Of a stretch of 64,000 nucleotides of DNA, positions 9,671 through 19,540 are shown piece by piece (the first letter of the stretch is position 1; every line of letters starts with the position of its first letter). Location of the stretch: assembly GCF_058153355.1 (NCBI RefSeq), contig NZ_CM177019.1. The stretch is one strand, 5' to 3'. The position numbers were made by a program, and so were the translations under genes. The notes under the pieces were generated by a model. The model did no database searches, was not told where the DNA came from, and was given only the letters and a program-made list of their open reading frames with translations.

Positions 9671-9901
9671 TCACTGAATTTTCTGTACACAATATTTTTC
9701 CTTATAACGTTGGCAGTGGTGAAGAATTTCCGGCATATCAACCGACTGCCAGCCTTTCATGTAATAACTTCCGTGGGTGCCATCATGACCGGTATAGTCG
9801 CGGGGCGAAGGCCGTGGCCCACCGGCGACACGGTGTAAAACCTCCTGACGCAGCCGCTCACGTCTGCCAAGATGAAAGGATGCATTCCAGCCTTTACCCA
9901 T
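9671..9901 (-). CDS. Hypothetical small protein in the mor-C interval (uncertain coding)
   Basis: ORF track 76 aa; region should also hold the middle promoter Pm; overlaps a plus-strand ORF. Confidence 0.3.
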   Translation of the reverse strand: MGKGWNASFHLGRRERLRQEVLHRVAGGPRPSPRDYTGHDGTHGSYYMKGWQSVDMPEILHHCQRYKEKYCVQKIQ

Positions 9902-9978
9902 GATGATTTCCCCCGGTACGGTTATTCATCACAGGATATTGAGGACGTAAAAAAAGCCGGATTAACCGGCTTTACTGT

Positions 9979-10368
9979 TTACAGTAGTGAGGGCTGGTAC
10001 TGGCGGTATTTCAGCCGTCGCATCCGGCGAATGGCCTTGTAAACCGTATTGAAAGTGACACCATAACGGGTGGTCAGTTCGCTGACGTTGCGACCGTTAA
10101 AATCATTCCAGATACGCAAATCCCGAATCAGCGAGTCCAGAACCTGACCGCGTGGAATGTAGACCTGACCGCCGCCCAGATGCTTACAGATAGCCACAAC
10201 AATCTCCAGTGAATGGGCAGGATCAACACCCAGCCGGGACAATTCCCCGCGCAGTAAATCGTTCAGCTCCGCCAGCAGTGCCGGAAAGCGTGACGTATCC
10301 TCGGCGGGATTGTCAAGATGTGCCAGGATGGTGTCATCCTGCAAATCACCAAATAAATCTTCCGTCAT
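9979..10368 (-). CDS. mor: Mu middle operon regulator Mor
   Basis: ORF track 129 aa, MTEDLFGDLQDDTILAHLDNPAEDTSRF... Confidence 0.9.
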   Translation of the reverse strand: MTEDLFGDLQDDTILAHLDNPAEDTSRFPALLAELNDLLRGELSRLGVDPAHSLEIVVAICKHLGGGQVYIPRGQVLDSLIRDLRIWNDFNGRNVSELTTRYGVTFNTVYKAIRRMRRLKYRQYQPSLL

Positions 10369-10916
10369 TGTGCCATCCTCCGTGTCTTTCTGGCATGGGC
10401 ATAAGCCGCCGTCATGGCATCATAGCCGCGCAGTTCACGCCCGGACGGACTGACCGGCAACGGAAGCTCGTGACGGGAAAAGGCTTCACGAATACAGCGG
10501 ATGTGCCACTGCTTGAGTGTTTCGAGGACTGTCAGCAGCGTGTCGCCATGACACCACGCCAGTGTGGAAACGCCCTGTCCGCCGTTGCGTTTCGCGGTCA
10601 GGCGCTGAACATATTTATCCAGCGCCACATCACCGCCATCGGTAATAAAACCGTCTTCTGCCATCTGCTGCCAGACTTTGTATACCTTCTCGCGGGGCGT
10701 GACATGCCCCTTAAAGCGGCGACGTGGATGTTTATTCTGCTTCTTAAAGCCGCGTTCTTTCATGGCATCAATCACCTGTTCCAGTTGCGTAACCGTCAGC
10801 TCGCGGCAACTGATTTTGCCCGTTTTCTGCATCAGAAAGGCGCGGTAAGTATCGTCGCCGAGTTGTAGCTCCCGACGGGCGACATGGATTAATTTAATCA
10901 GGGATGTGCGATTCAT
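10365..10916 (-). CDS. gemA: Mu GemA
   Basis: ORF track 183 aa, MNRTSLIKLIHVARRELQLGDDTYRAFL...; immediately upstream of mor with ATGA overlap. Confidence 0.8.
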   Translation of the reverse strand: MNRTSLIKLIHVARRELQLGDDTYRAFLMQKTGKISCRELTVTQLEQVIDAMKERGFKKQNKHPRRRFKGHVTPREKVYKVWQQMAEDGFITDGGDVALDKYVQRLTAKRNGGQGVSTLAWCHGDTLLTVLETLKQWHIRCIREAFSRHELPLPVSPSGRELRGYDAMTAAYAHARKTRRMAQ

Positions 10917-10985
10917 GATCGTACCTCCGGAAAGAGGCGGTGCTGCAACACCGCCTGAATTTACACATCAATCAGAGAGGATTTT

Positions 10986-11252
10986 ATGGAAAATAATGTA
11001 CAACCTTATGATGTTGCAGGTTATGCGATTGCATCAGCACTGGTGCGCCTTCTGGTGAAGAAGGCGATCATCACCGCAGAAGAGGGCCAAGCCATTTTCA
11101 GCTCTTCAGCAGAGATTTTAAAAGATGCGCCTGCAATAAGAACAAGCCGCCGCGAAAACATGCAACTGTCAAAGATCATGGAAGACATTATCAGTTCGTT
11201 AGACCCAGATGCTGACGGATCTCAAAAGCCTCAAACACATGAGCGTCAGTAA
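10986..11252 (+). CDS. Plus-strand hypothetical protein inside the Mu early operon, antisense to the early transcript
   Basis: ORF track 88 aa; ATG preceded by GAGAGG Shine-Dalgarno 7 nt upstream; 3' end overlaps the convergent ORF 11191..11493 by 62 nt. Confidence 0.35.
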   Translation: MENNVQPYDVAGYAIASALVRLLVKKAIITAEEGQAIFSSSAEILKDAPAIRTSRRENMQLSKIMEDIISSLDPDADGSQKPQTHERQ

Positions 11253-11493
11253 CAATATCCTGGTCTGATAACCCCAGCCTGCGGCGGATGTACTCCTCGC
11301 GGGCTGTTTCATTTTGCAGTGCCACTACTGTTTCCAGACGATTCATTTCGCGGTTGATAATGTCACGGACTTCTCTGGCGGTGAGATTATGCTTAATACC
11401 ATATTCAACGATAGCGCGAACACGTTCCAGCATCCCTTTTTCAGCCATGACGTTATCAATATTAAGGGGAGTAAATTTATCTTCATTGTTCAT
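11191..11493 (-). CDS. Mu semi-essential region hypothetical protein
   Basis: ORF track 100 aa; ATGA overlap with the upstream ORF. Confidence 0.5.
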   Translation of the reverse strand: MNNEDKFTPLNIDNVMAEKGMLERVRAIVEYGIKHNLTAREVRDIINREMNRLETVVALQNETAREEYIRRRLGLSDQDIVTDAHVFEAFEIRQHLGLTN

Positions 11494-11813
11494 TTTGCGG
11501 CCCTCAGAATAAATTCAGGATAAAATTTCAGACTCATTTGCCGTAACACATCCAGTGCAGCAACGGCTGCTGATTTATCGTTGCCATCAGCAATAGCGCG
11601 GAGATTTTCAATAATCCAGTGAGGACTCAGTGACTCAGCAACAATACCGAGTCGGTACGCCATGACCTCATCAATTGCACGGTTATAAGACGGGGCGTAT
11701 ACCGCCGCCACAAAGTTACCGATCACATCTTCAGGAAAACCCGCCGCCGTCAACAACGCTGTCAGTTCCTCGGATTTTGTAAATACGCCATTATTCATTC
11801 TGTTCACCTTCAC
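11490..11813 (-). CDS. Mu semi-essential region hypothetical protein
   Basis: ORF track 107 aa. Confidence 0.55.
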   Translation of the reverse strand: MKVNRMNNGVFTKSEELTALLTAAGFPEDVIGNFVAAVYAPSYNRAIDEVMAYRLGIVAESLSPHWIIENLRAIADGNDKSAAVAALDVLRQMSLKFYPEFILRAAK

Positions 11814-11982
11814 AATTCATGCACGCCGTGTCATCGCCCATATCGCAGTGGTTGCATTTCTGCCCGCCACAATGGGGACACTCTTTCAGATATTCAGGGG
11901 ATTCATTACCGCAGGTCGGGCATTCCTGTTTCACCGTGGTGAATTTCCCCAGCCACGAATACGATGTTTCATTGTTTTCCAT
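11791..11982 (-). CDS. Mu semi-essential region small zinc-ribbon protein
   Basis: Track ORF 11791..12054; internal start MENNETSYSW at 11982 has a GGAGG Shine-Dalgarno; CPTCG...CPHCGGQKCNHC...CMNC cysteine clusters. Confidence 0.5.
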   Translation of the reverse strand: MENNETSYSWLGKFTTVKQECPTCGNESPEYLKECPHCGGQKCNHCDMGDDTACMNCEGEQNE

Positions 11983-12520
11983 TGTTTGCCTCCGCCTGCT
12001 CCAGTGCCATAACTGGTGCGTCAGAACAGTCAAGAATGAGATAGCGCAGTACATGGTCGGTGATATTCCATGCGCTTGAGCTGCAAATAAAACGCCCCAG
12101 CCGGATATCGATATAAGCCATCACAAAACGGGGCATTCCCTGTTTGCACATCTCGTCATCCACTTCTGCAACGATGTGAACGGATTCACAGGTCAGTACG
12201 CCTGTCGCAAACTCTTTTGCCAGCGCGGGGATAGTATTACCTTCCACCCAGGGTAATGAGCGACGCCAGTTGCACCACACCGCATCATCAACGGCAGGCT
12301 GCTCAGTTGCGTTTCGTCTTACAGGCGGCGTCGGACGCGGGCGCGGAACGTCATAAAATCCGTTGCATTCGGTGAGCACTCCGGCATCAACCGCATCCCG
12401 CAGGAAATACACCATTGACGAGGGCAGCATCTTCATTTTTTCAGCCAGAACCCCGCAGGTCAGACGCCCGTAAGCCAGTAATAATGTGCTGACCCCATTC
12501 AGAACTTTTGCATCAATCAC
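11969..12520 (-). CDS. Mu semi-essential region hypothetical protein
   Basis: ORF track 183 aa. Confidence 0.55.
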   Translation of the reverse strand: MIDAKVLNGVSTLLLAYGRLTCGVLAEKMKMLPSSMVYFLRDAVDAGVLTECNGFYDVPRPRPTPPVRRNATEQPAVDDAVWCNWRRSLPWVEGNTIPALAKEFATGVLTCESVHIVAEVDDEMCKQGMPRFVMAYIDIRLGRFICSSSAWNITDHVLRYLILDCSDAPVMALEQAEANNGKQ

Positions 12521-12523
12521 CGG

Positions 12524-13078
12524 TTATTCCTCCGTCAGTGCCACAAATTCAGAATGTTTAATACGCTGGCATTCGGAGGGAACTGGTCCTTTAACCTCAC
12601 CGTCCAGAAGGCGCACCTCAAACAAAATGCCGAATCCATCACGGGTGTGGTGCATCTCCCAGAGCGATTTGAAATCCCACATATTGGGTATGACATCAAC
12701 CCCAAGTTCATTGCACAGCCAGCCCGGAAAATCCGGGTATTTACCGAGCTGATTTTCATAGCCCCGGATAAGCTCCGCGTGTTCCCGGCCTGCTGGTGTT
12801 GTCATATCCGGCATCGCTGCCCATAACTGAATATCACCAATAAAAAGTGTCCTTGATTTAATCTCCCATCCTTCCGGTGGTAAACGGTTAAACCAGACAC
12901 GCGTAACCCTCTCAGGCCCTTTGTCACCAGACAAAAACACACCGCTTGCTTTCACTGATTGCTGTAATGACGCAATAATCTCACCACGCTTAACAGAAAC
13001 CTCTTTCAGCCAGCGAATCGTATAACCGTTAGCGGCTGCGTCACTCAGTTTAAAATAAGCACATGCTTTCATTTTCAT
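12524..13078 (-). CDS. Mu semi-essential region hypothetical protein
   Basis: ORF track 184 aa. Confidence 0.55.
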   Translation of the reverse strand: MKMKACAYFKLSDAAANGYTIRWLKEVSVKRGEIIASLQQSVKASGVFLSGDKGPERVTRVWFNRLPPEGWEIKSRTLFIGDIQLWAAMPDMTTPAGREHAELIRGYENQLGKYPDFPGWLCNELGVDVIPNMWDFKSLWEMHHTRDGFGILFEVRLLDGEVKGPVPSECQRIKHSEFVALTEE

Positions 13079-13169
13079 TCTCTCCGGTTCTGATTAAGGC
13101 GCGAGTCGTCCCCTGACGCATCGCGCCATAATTAAACGAATGTGAATTAATTAAATATTAATGGTGGTA

Positions 13170-13694
13170 TTAAATACCGGCTTCCTGTTCAAACGGAATA
13201 ATGGAAAAATCTTCAATTCCCGATTTAACTGTAATTCCGGCAACACCTGCGACCGCTTTCGGTTCCAGTAAAATCGCTTCCTTGTTGATTTCCTGCTTCG
13301 TGCGAATAAAGCGTTGCAGGCCAAGACGCTCCAGCGTTTCCATCACTGCATCCATACCACGAATACTTACTGATGGTGGACGGACCCGCCACGATACATC
13401 ACCGGTGACAAGATTTGCCGTTTTCACTTTGCCGCCGTTTGTCAGTTCGTCGCGGTTCGCTTCACACCATCCCTGAACGCCTTTTGAAAGGGTTTCAATA
13501 TCGGTTTTAATCGGTGCAATCCGGGCTGCAAATTTCTCCGTAATTTCCGCGATGGCATCATTCATTTCCGTTTCCAGACGTGATGCTTCGCGCTGTAAGT
13601 CCCCGATGCGTTTAATATCGGTAATCACCGCATCGCGGTTTTGTGGCACATAAGCCGCTGCGGCACTTTTGATACGTTTTGCTGGTTTAGCCAT
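13170..13694 (-). CDS. gam: Mu Gam, DNA-end-binding host nuclease inhibitor (Ku-like)
   Basis: ORF track 174 aa, MAKPAKRIKSAAAAYVPQNRDAVITDIKRIGDLQREASRLETEMNDAIAEI... Confidence 0.9.
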   Translation of the reverse strand: MAKPAKRIKSAAAAYVPQNRDAVITDIKRIGDLQREASRLETEMNDAIAEITEKFAARIAPIKTDIETLSKGVQGWCEANRDELTNGGKVKTANLVTGDVSWRVRPPSVSIRGMDAVMETLERLGLQRFIRTKQEINKEAILLEPKAVAGVAGITVKSGIEDFSIIPFEQEAGI

Positions 13695-13713
13695 AAATTA
13701 AAGCTCCTGTTAA

Positions 13714-14013
13714 TTAATATCCGCTGTATACAATGCTGGATACAGCTCGATTGCTTAATTCCATCTTTCGGGCAATGACATGAATATCCAGCCCTTCTTT
13801 ATAAAGTTCACGACATAAATATTTGTCGTGTTCACTGATTCGGTATACACACAATGATATTCCGTGCCTTCTGGCATGTGCCCGGAGGGCGGTTGTGGCG
13901 ACTTTCAGTTTTTCCGCCATTTCTTCAACGGTCATTTTCCCGACGTTGGCTTCGATAAATTCCCGGTCTTCGCGTGACCAGCGCTTACGATTACACTTCA
14001 TGTCAGCCACCAT
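13714..14013 (-). CDS. Mu early region hypothetical protein with a putative helix-turn-helix
   Basis: ORF track 99 aa; segment MTVEEMAEKLKVATTALRAHARRHGISL resembles an HTH. Confidence 0.55.
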   Translation of the reverse strand: MVADMKCNRKRWSREDREFIEANVGKMTVEEMAEKLKVATTALRAHARRHGISLCVYRISEHDKYLCRELYKEGLDIHVIARKMELSNRAVSSIVYSGY

Positions 14014-14433
14014 TCAGTACAGCAGAGGCTCGCGCAGTGATGCCGGAATATGCCGCAGCGATAACTGAACCGCTTTCAGGGCAAGCGAGGAATAACAGCA
14101 GCGCGCCCGGCCTTTTGCCATTAACCGGTAATCGCGCCAGATACGCTGCCACATTTCACGGGCTTCAGGGTCTGATGCGCAGATGTATTCCCGGTCCATG
14201 ACGTACTCCCATAAATCCACGTTGAACGCACCGCCAAATGCAATGGCGCGGGATATGCTTTCGCCGCAATAACGCGCACAGATGCTGTAATGGTCGAAAG
14301 CAATCAGGTAAGTCTTTTCACCACAATCATCAACTTTCCGGGCGTAAATAAATCCGCGTAATTCACCACCGTTGTTATTGCGTCCCTGAATTCGGATTAA
14401 TGCCTGAATTTCATTTCGGATTTTGACGTTCAT
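14014..14433 (-). CDS. Mu early region hypothetical protein
   Basis: ORF track 139 aa. Confidence 0.55.
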   Translation of the reverse strand: MNVKIRNEIQALIRIQGRNNNGGELRGFIYARKVDDCGEKTYLIAFDHYSICARYCGESISRAIAFGGAFNVDLWEYVMDREYICASDPEAREMWQRIWRDYRLMAKGRARCCYSSLALKAVQLSLRHIPASLREPLLY

Positions 14434-14453
14434 TGTCAGCGCTCCTTTGCGAA

Positions 14454-14723
14454 TTAATGTTTAACCGCATTCACCGGATGTGGTACTAAATCACATTCAG
14501 CCTCCATACCCACTTTCTTCATAGTGGTCAGCATCTCATCTTTGGCCTTTTTAATAATTTCAGGAGCCATAGTCAGGACGATATTTGCCAGTAAATCATG
14601 AGGCCCGGTATTTTCCGTTGGCGAGATATCTGCAAGACATGCTTTTGCATCCAGAACTTCTCTGCGCCCATTGCAACCTTCACAACTTTCCAGCCATGTA
14701 AACTCAAAGATAACTTTTGCCAT
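14454..14723 (-). CDS. Mu early region hypothetical protein
   Basis: ORF track 89 aa, cysteine-containing (CEGCNGRRE). Confidence 0.5.
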   Translation of the reverse strand: MAKVIFEFTWLESCEGCNGRREVLDAKACLADISPTENTGPHDLLANIVLTMAPEIIKKAKDEMLTTMKKVGMEAECDLVPHPVNAVKH

Positions 14724-14734
14724 TTTGTTTCCCC

Positions 14735-14989
14735 TTATTGATTCTGAATAACTGCGCTGGCTTTTACCTTCGCGCCTTTTACCTGCTTAAAGAAAACCGC
14801 GCTGCACCACGGACAACATGCAAAGGAGTCCCATACTTCATTTTCTGGTGAGCATTGCGTCATAATTTGCTCTTTGCACTTGGGGCAATTAAATGCAGTC
14901 AGAGCCACATTGTTATTCTGTACCCGTTTAACCCATTCAATATATTTTCCAGCTTTAGTACACATCGTTATCTCCAGATAATCTGGCAA
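14735..14989 (-). CDS. Mu early region small zinc-finger-like protein
   Basis: ORF track 84 aa with CPKC and CCPWC motifs. Confidence 0.5.
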
Positions 14990-15195
14990 CCATTAAGACG
15001 GGCCGTCCATACAGAACGGGCCACCCCGGACTTATGCTCCATAATTCTGACCGCGTTTTTTACCAGTTCCACCGGTGGGTAAGTGATTTCAAGAATCGGA
15101 CGCGCCACGCCGAGATATGATTCATTTACATGACTCCCGCGCGCCTGTAACCAGTTCTGCGCATCCGTTGCCATTTTTATATTTCGGGCCATCAT
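14968..15195 (-). CDS. kil: Mu Kil-position protein (first gene after B)
   Basis: ORF track 75 aa immediately downstream of B; assignment by position and size. Confidence 0.5.
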
Positions 15196-15210
15196 AATTT
15201 CTTCTCCTTC

Positions 15211-16149
15211 TTAATTACGCAGCAGCGTTAAAATATCAACGTCCAGGTCTAATTCACGGAAAGCCTGACGCAGATAATCTTCGTTAACACGCTCACCTTT
15301 ACCATGAGCCGTCATGGCGGCAAGGCGAAGCGAATGATTCAGAATGCGAAGCGCACCGGGTTTCTGTGCAATTTGCTGTAACAACTCCAGTTCTTTTTCG
15401 CCGTTAATATGCCAGGCATCCGCAATAGCTTTTACATCGGCTTTTTTGGTTTTATTAATTGCAGTGGGCTTTGCAATACGGGAAAACAGACGGGCAAATT
15501 CAACCGTTCTGTTGCCCCCCGTCATATTTGAATAAACGCGGTGATTGCCCATCAGCACAAGGCCAGTGCGGGTTGATTCCTGTAACAGGCGGAGTTCTTC
15601 CAGAGCTTCAGCACCAAGATGATCAGCTTCGTCGATGATAACCAGCCCCTGTGTACCTTCAAGGCGGCGTCGCAGGGCGCGGGAGAGCGGCCCTTTACGG
15701 CGTGGTGCGTCATTCATTCCCAGCTCAAACGCCAGTTCAGTAAGACATTCCAGAACGCTGGCACAGGATGGCGTAATGGTGATCATCCAGACATTGTTAT
15801 TGGTGCGGCGATATTCACGGGCCGCTTCGGTTTTGCCCACACCAGGATTGCCACATACAACAGCAATACTTTCAGTCAGGCTGGCAAAACGCATACTTGT
15901 CCAGATTTGTTTTACCGTCTGCGTTTCCACAAAGCGGGGCGGTTCCGGTAGTTCTGCGACTGCATGATATTTTTCCAACCAGCGTTGCAGTATTTGTGCA
16001 ACACGTTCGTTATCCCCGTTGTACTTATCATTGATAAAACTACTGATAGTCCCGGTAGAAAGTCCGCTCTCAAGGGCAATTTGTTTAAAGGTGGTTTCTT
16101 CATTTTCTACAAGGGTGCGCAGTCCTGCGCGAATATCTGAAATATTCAT
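15211..16149 (-). CDS. B: Mu transposition ATPase / target DNA activator MuB
   Basis: ORF track 312 aa, MNISDIRAGLRTLVENEETTFKQIALESGLS..., Walker A GNPGVGKTE. Confidence 0.95.
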   Translation of the reverse strand: MNISDIRAGLRTLVENEETTFKQIALESGLSTGTISSFINDKYNGDNERVAQILQRWLEKYHAVAELPEPPRFVETQTVKQIWTSMRFASLTESIAVVCGNPGVGKTEAAREYRRTNNNVWMITITPSCASVLECLTELAFELGMNDAPRRKGPLSRALRRRLEGTQGLVIIDEADHLGAEALEELRLLQESTRTGLVLMGNHRVYSNMTGGNRTVEFARLFSRIAKPTAINKTKKADVKAIADAWHINGEKELELLQQIAQKPGALRILNHSLRLAAMTAHGKGERVNEDYLRQAFRELDLDVDILTLLRN

Positions 16150-16187
16150 CTGAATAACCTCGTAATTAAATTTTGTTAAAACGTTAA

Positions 16188-18179
16188 TTAAATGACTTTT
16201 TTACGTCTGTTCTGTTCCAGAATATCCAGCGAATGATTCAGATATTCATCACGCTCAGTTTCGTATTCATCATCACGCTCCTGATTCTTCACCCGTTCCG
16301 TATTACCGGAAGGCCGGAAAATGCTTACAATTCGTGATTCTGGTGCTTCAGGTTCGGCTATCTGCGGCAGCAGCTCTGCCACTTCCAGTGCATCCATTTG
16401 TTTCTGTGCCTTAATCGCTGCTTTCGTCGCAGATTTCAGTTGTTTCTGGCGGCGGCGATATTCACGGCCTGCCGCAGCATCATTAAACGCAACAGGTGCC
16501 AGACATTCCGCTTCACAGATAAACCGACCGTCCAGGGTGTAGCAATAAACCGTGCTGTGTAACTGCTGTGGATCAAATCTGACCACAACTTTTTTCACTC
16601 CGGCATTCATTAACGCCATGTTGTAATAAACGTTTTTCGCGCCTTTAAGGGAGCCGCCAACTTTAAGCGCGAACTCGCCTTTACGTGAAACGTTCACCGC
16701 CTCGGCAGGCAGTAACAGCATCCGTTTTTGCTCTTCGGTAGGCTTACGCACAATCGTTCTGGCGTATTCACGCTCAAAAACGTCATCAAACGAAAGTTTG
16801 CCCCCGCACATTTCTGTTTCTCGGCCTGTTCTGGCATTGAACATCGCCACACCTTCGGCAAGGGTTTTCAGAAACAGCTCTGCATCAACAGCGCGGTCGC
16901 CATAGTTATCAGGTTTTGCCTGCGGATTAGGCCCCGTATATGCGCCAGCCAGTGCCGGATGTTTATCAACGTATTCCTCAAGGCCACCAACACCGAAAGC
17001 ACGTTCTACAGGTTTTGCCTGGCCCCAGCCTTTACCGGCAACAACGCTTGTCCAGTGCATGGTCGCCCCCATCAGTAAAAACAGCCCCTTTGGATCGTCC
17101 TCTTTCACCTTAAAGCGGTAGCGATTGGGCGCGCCCCCCGTCAGCCATTTATTCGCAGCACCACGGGTGTTATCAATGGTGATGTGAAAATCCTCCGGGA
17201 TGCCGTAGCGTGTCACTACATCCATGAACGAGAGGCGAATTGAATCGATGTTCTCGCTAACATCGCAGCGCCAGCCCAGAATTTTTCGGGTTTTCACATC
17301 CTGCCAGAACCATGTTTTCGGGCGGATCACATCACCGTTAAACCAGCGTACAAAGACGTTATGCAGATAACCGTCGCCGTTGATCCACTGCATGGCGTCC
17401 AGGTGTTCCACAGTTCGTTGCTGTGCCGGTATCAGATGCATCAGTGCATGTTCACCTTCACGGCAGGCAACAACCATTGCCCCGTCCAGTTGCTGAATCC
17501 GGCGAAATGCCGTGGCTCGGGAGGGAATACTCCAGCCATGCTCGCGGGCTGCCAGTTCCAGACGCTCATAACATTTGCGGAAGGCGGGTTTTTCCGGTCG
17601 CAGATAATCTGCAATCAGAAACTGCCAGGCATCCTCGTCAAATTCACTTTTGTGAACATTGCGACGGGATGCTCCACGTCCATCAACAAGTGCAGCCGCC
17701 CAGTCAGGCTTCGCAAACTTCTGTACCTGGTAATACTTGTCCCGCAAAGTGGATGCGCTGACCTGGTAATGCCCTGCAACGGTCGCAAAAGCCGTTTTCG
17801 TTGAAATCCCCTGGTTCAGCATTTCGTCTGCAGCCTGAACCGCAGGCAACCATTTTTCAGCAAGTCTGCGCTGGGAATCGCTGGCGTTATCCCATTTGCT
17901 CCACAGTGCCTCACGATCATAATCATGGGCTTCCAGCGTGGGGCGGGCGATTTCAAAATACCCCTGACTTGTTTCAATCTCTCCTTGTCTCAGCAATAAC
18001 GCCGCTTTCGCTTCAACAGGTAAAGAGTTCGCATTGTATTCAATTGCTTTACCACCTTTGACACCTGCTCTAGTGCGGTTTTGCCATCCTTGCTTTTTAG
18101 CAACATAAATCACACCAGCCGATGTTTTCGGCAAACCAGGAAGATTCGCACACTCTTTCGGTGATACCCAAAGTTCCAT
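16188..18179 (-). CDS. A: Mu transposase MuA
   Basis: Track ORF 666 aa; canonical 663-aa MuA begins at [23 protein letters not shown] (ATG at 18179). Confidence 0.95.
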   Translation of the reverse strand: MELWVSPKECANLPGLPKTSAGVIYVAKKQGWQNRTRAGVKGGKAIEYNANSLPVEAKAALLLRQGEIETSQGYFEIARPTLEAHDYDREALWSKWDNASDSQRRLAEKWLPAVQAADEMLNQGISTKTAFATVAGHYQVSASTLRDKYYQVQKFAKPDWAAALVDGRGASRRNVHKSEFDEDAWQFLIADYLRPEKPAFRKCYERLELAAREHGWSIPSRATAFRRIQQLDGAMVVACREGEHALMHLIPAQQRTVEHLDAMQWINGDGYLHNVFVRWFNGDVIRPKTWFWQDVKTRKILGWRCDVSENIDSIRLSFMDVVTRYGIPEDFHITIDNTRGAANKWLTGGAPNRYRFKVKEDDPKGLFLLMGATMHWTSVVAGKGWGQAKPVERAFGVGGLEEYVDKHPALAGAYTGPNPQAKPDNYGDRAVDAELFLKTLAEGVAMFNARTGRETEMCGGKLSFDDVFEREYARTIVRKPTEEQKRMLLLPAEAVNVSRKGEFALKVGGSLKGAKNVYYNMALMNAGVKKVVVRFDPQQLHSTVYCYTLDGRFICEAECLAPVAFNDAAAGREYRRRQKQLKSATKAAIKAQKQMDALEVAELLPQIAEPEAPESRIVSIFRPSGNTERVKNQERDDEYETERDEYLNHSLDILEQNRRKKVI

Positions 18180-18180
18180 G

Positions 18181-18408
18181 TTATTCACCTGCTTGATATC
18201 GGCTAGGCCAGATTACTTCCGGTTTAGTTTCTAAGGCGTTAGCAATAATCTGCTCACCCTTTGGCCAGTGTCGTTCTAGCGCATTAGCTAATGTAGTTGG
18301 CGCATAACCGAACTGCCGGGAAAGAGCTGATAAAGAGAGCTTTCTTTTCTTAAGTCCCGCAATCACATCCGCTCGATGCCAATCACGGGCCTTTTCGTTG
18401 GAACACAT
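18181..18408 (-). CDS. ner: Mu Ner, early-transcription negative regulator
   Basis: ORF track 75 aa, [36 protein letters not shown]... Confidence 0.9.
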
Positions 18409-18577
18409 TTAAAAACCCTCCTAAGTTTTGTAATCTATAAAGTTAGCAATTTAACTAAGTGTAAAAACTTAGCTAGCTTGCTAAAAAGATAATTACTGAA
18501 AAGCTTTTTGTAAAGTTACTTTTTAGTAAATTTCTTTGATTACTGATTAATGCATTGATAAATAAGGGGTTTAAATT
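18409..18577. promoter_or_regulatory. Mu early operator/promoter region (O1-O3, divergent Pe and Pc, Ner and IHF sites, transposition enhancer)
   Basis: AT-rich divergent intergenic region between c and ner with repeated CTTTT/AAGT-type repressor half-sites. Confidence 0.7.
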
Positions 18578-19168
18578 TTGAAAAGTAACTTTATAGAAAA
18601 AGACGATACTGAAAAGTCAATTTGGTGTTCGCCGCAAGAAATTATGGCTGCTGATGGTATGCCTGGATCTGTTGCTGGTGTTCACTATCGAGCAAATGTT
18701 CAAGGCTGGACGAAGCGAAAAAAGGAAGGTGTCAAGGGGGGGAAAGCTGTTGAATACGATGTGATGTCTATGCCCACCAAAGAACGAGAGCAAGTTATTG
18801 CGCACTTGGGGTTATCCACACCGGATACTGGTGTTCAAGCCAATGAGAAACAGGATTCTTCGGAACTGATAAACAAATTAACCACAACCTTAATCAATAT
18901 GATTGAAGAGCTGGAACCAGATGAAGCACGCAAGGCACTGAAACTTTTAAGTAAAGGGGGGTTGTTGGCGTTAATGCCTCTTGTATTTAATGAACAGAAA
19001 CTTTACAGCTTTATAGGATTTTCACAGCAAAGTATTCAGACGTTGATGATGTTAGATGCATTACCTGAAGAAAAACGCAAAGAGATTTTGTCAAAGTATG
19101 GGATTCATGAACAGGAAAGTGTTGTAGTACCTTCACAGGAACCACAGGAGGTAAAAAAAGCCGTATAA
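18578..19168 (+). CDS. c: Mu repressor c
   Basis: ORF track 196 aa, MKSNFIEKDDTEKSIWCSPQEIMAADGMPGSVAGVHYRANVQGW... Confidence 0.95.
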   Translation: MKSNFIEKDDTEKSIWCSPQEIMAADGMPGSVAGVHYRANVQGWTKRKKEGVKGGKAVEYDVMSMPTKEREQVIAHLGLSTPDTGVQANEKQDSSELINKLTTTLINMIEELEPDEARKALKLLSKGGLLALMPLVFNEQKLYSFIGFSQQSIQTLMMLDALPEEKRKEILSKYGIHEQESVVVPSQEPQEVKKAV

Positions 19169-19319
19169 CAACCATGAACCAGCTAAAACATACTTCACCT
19201 CACATAATCACACATGTAACATACCTAAACGGCATAAGCTGATTTGTGATATGAGTCATTTGGTGACAGCCTGGTTGTTATCGGTTTTGAACGTTTTTTG
19301 AAGCTGTTATTGAAATGAT

Positions 19320-19506
19320 TTGCAGTGTTTTTGTTTTTCGTATTTTGAATGAAACAAAAGCAATTTTTTACTATCTTTCGCGTTTCATTGATTAACGACT
19401 AAAATTTGCGCTACAGGCTTGCAAGCCCCACCAAATCTAATCCCATCAGATCCCGAATAATCCAATGTCCTCCCGGTTTTTTTCGTACTTCAAGTGAATC
19501 AATACA
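19320..19506. repeat. Mu left end (attL) with transposase binding sites L1-L3; terminus at 19506
   Basis: Sequence ...cccggtttttttcgtacttcaagtgaatcaataca is the reverse complement of the canonical Mu left terminus. Confidence 0.85.
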
Positions 19507-19540
19507 CCGGGTATGTCGTTATTCAATAAAGGTGCCTCGT

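Larger units (their letters stand above)
1..19506 (-). mobile_element. Bacteriophage Mu prophage, left ~19.5 kb (attL through 5' part of major head gene T); prophage continues beyond window start
   Basis: Gene order and protein sequences match canonical Mu by recall (c, Ner, MuA, MuB, Gam, GemA, Mor, C, Lys, portal, I, G, T). The reverse complement of the Mu left end TGTATTGATTCACTTGAAGTACG ends at 19506; host sequence starts at 19507. Confidence 0.95.

Noticed and set aside
10209-10868. 219-aa plus-strand ORF
   Set aside because: Antisense to gemA and mor, whose products are recognisable; no ribosome-binding site.
19406-19540. N-terminal 45-codon extension of the yihR ORF in the track
   Set aside because: The extension runs into the Mu left-end DNA (Mu terminus at 19506), so it cannot be native coding sequence; the ATG at 19541 with a ribosome-binding site is used.
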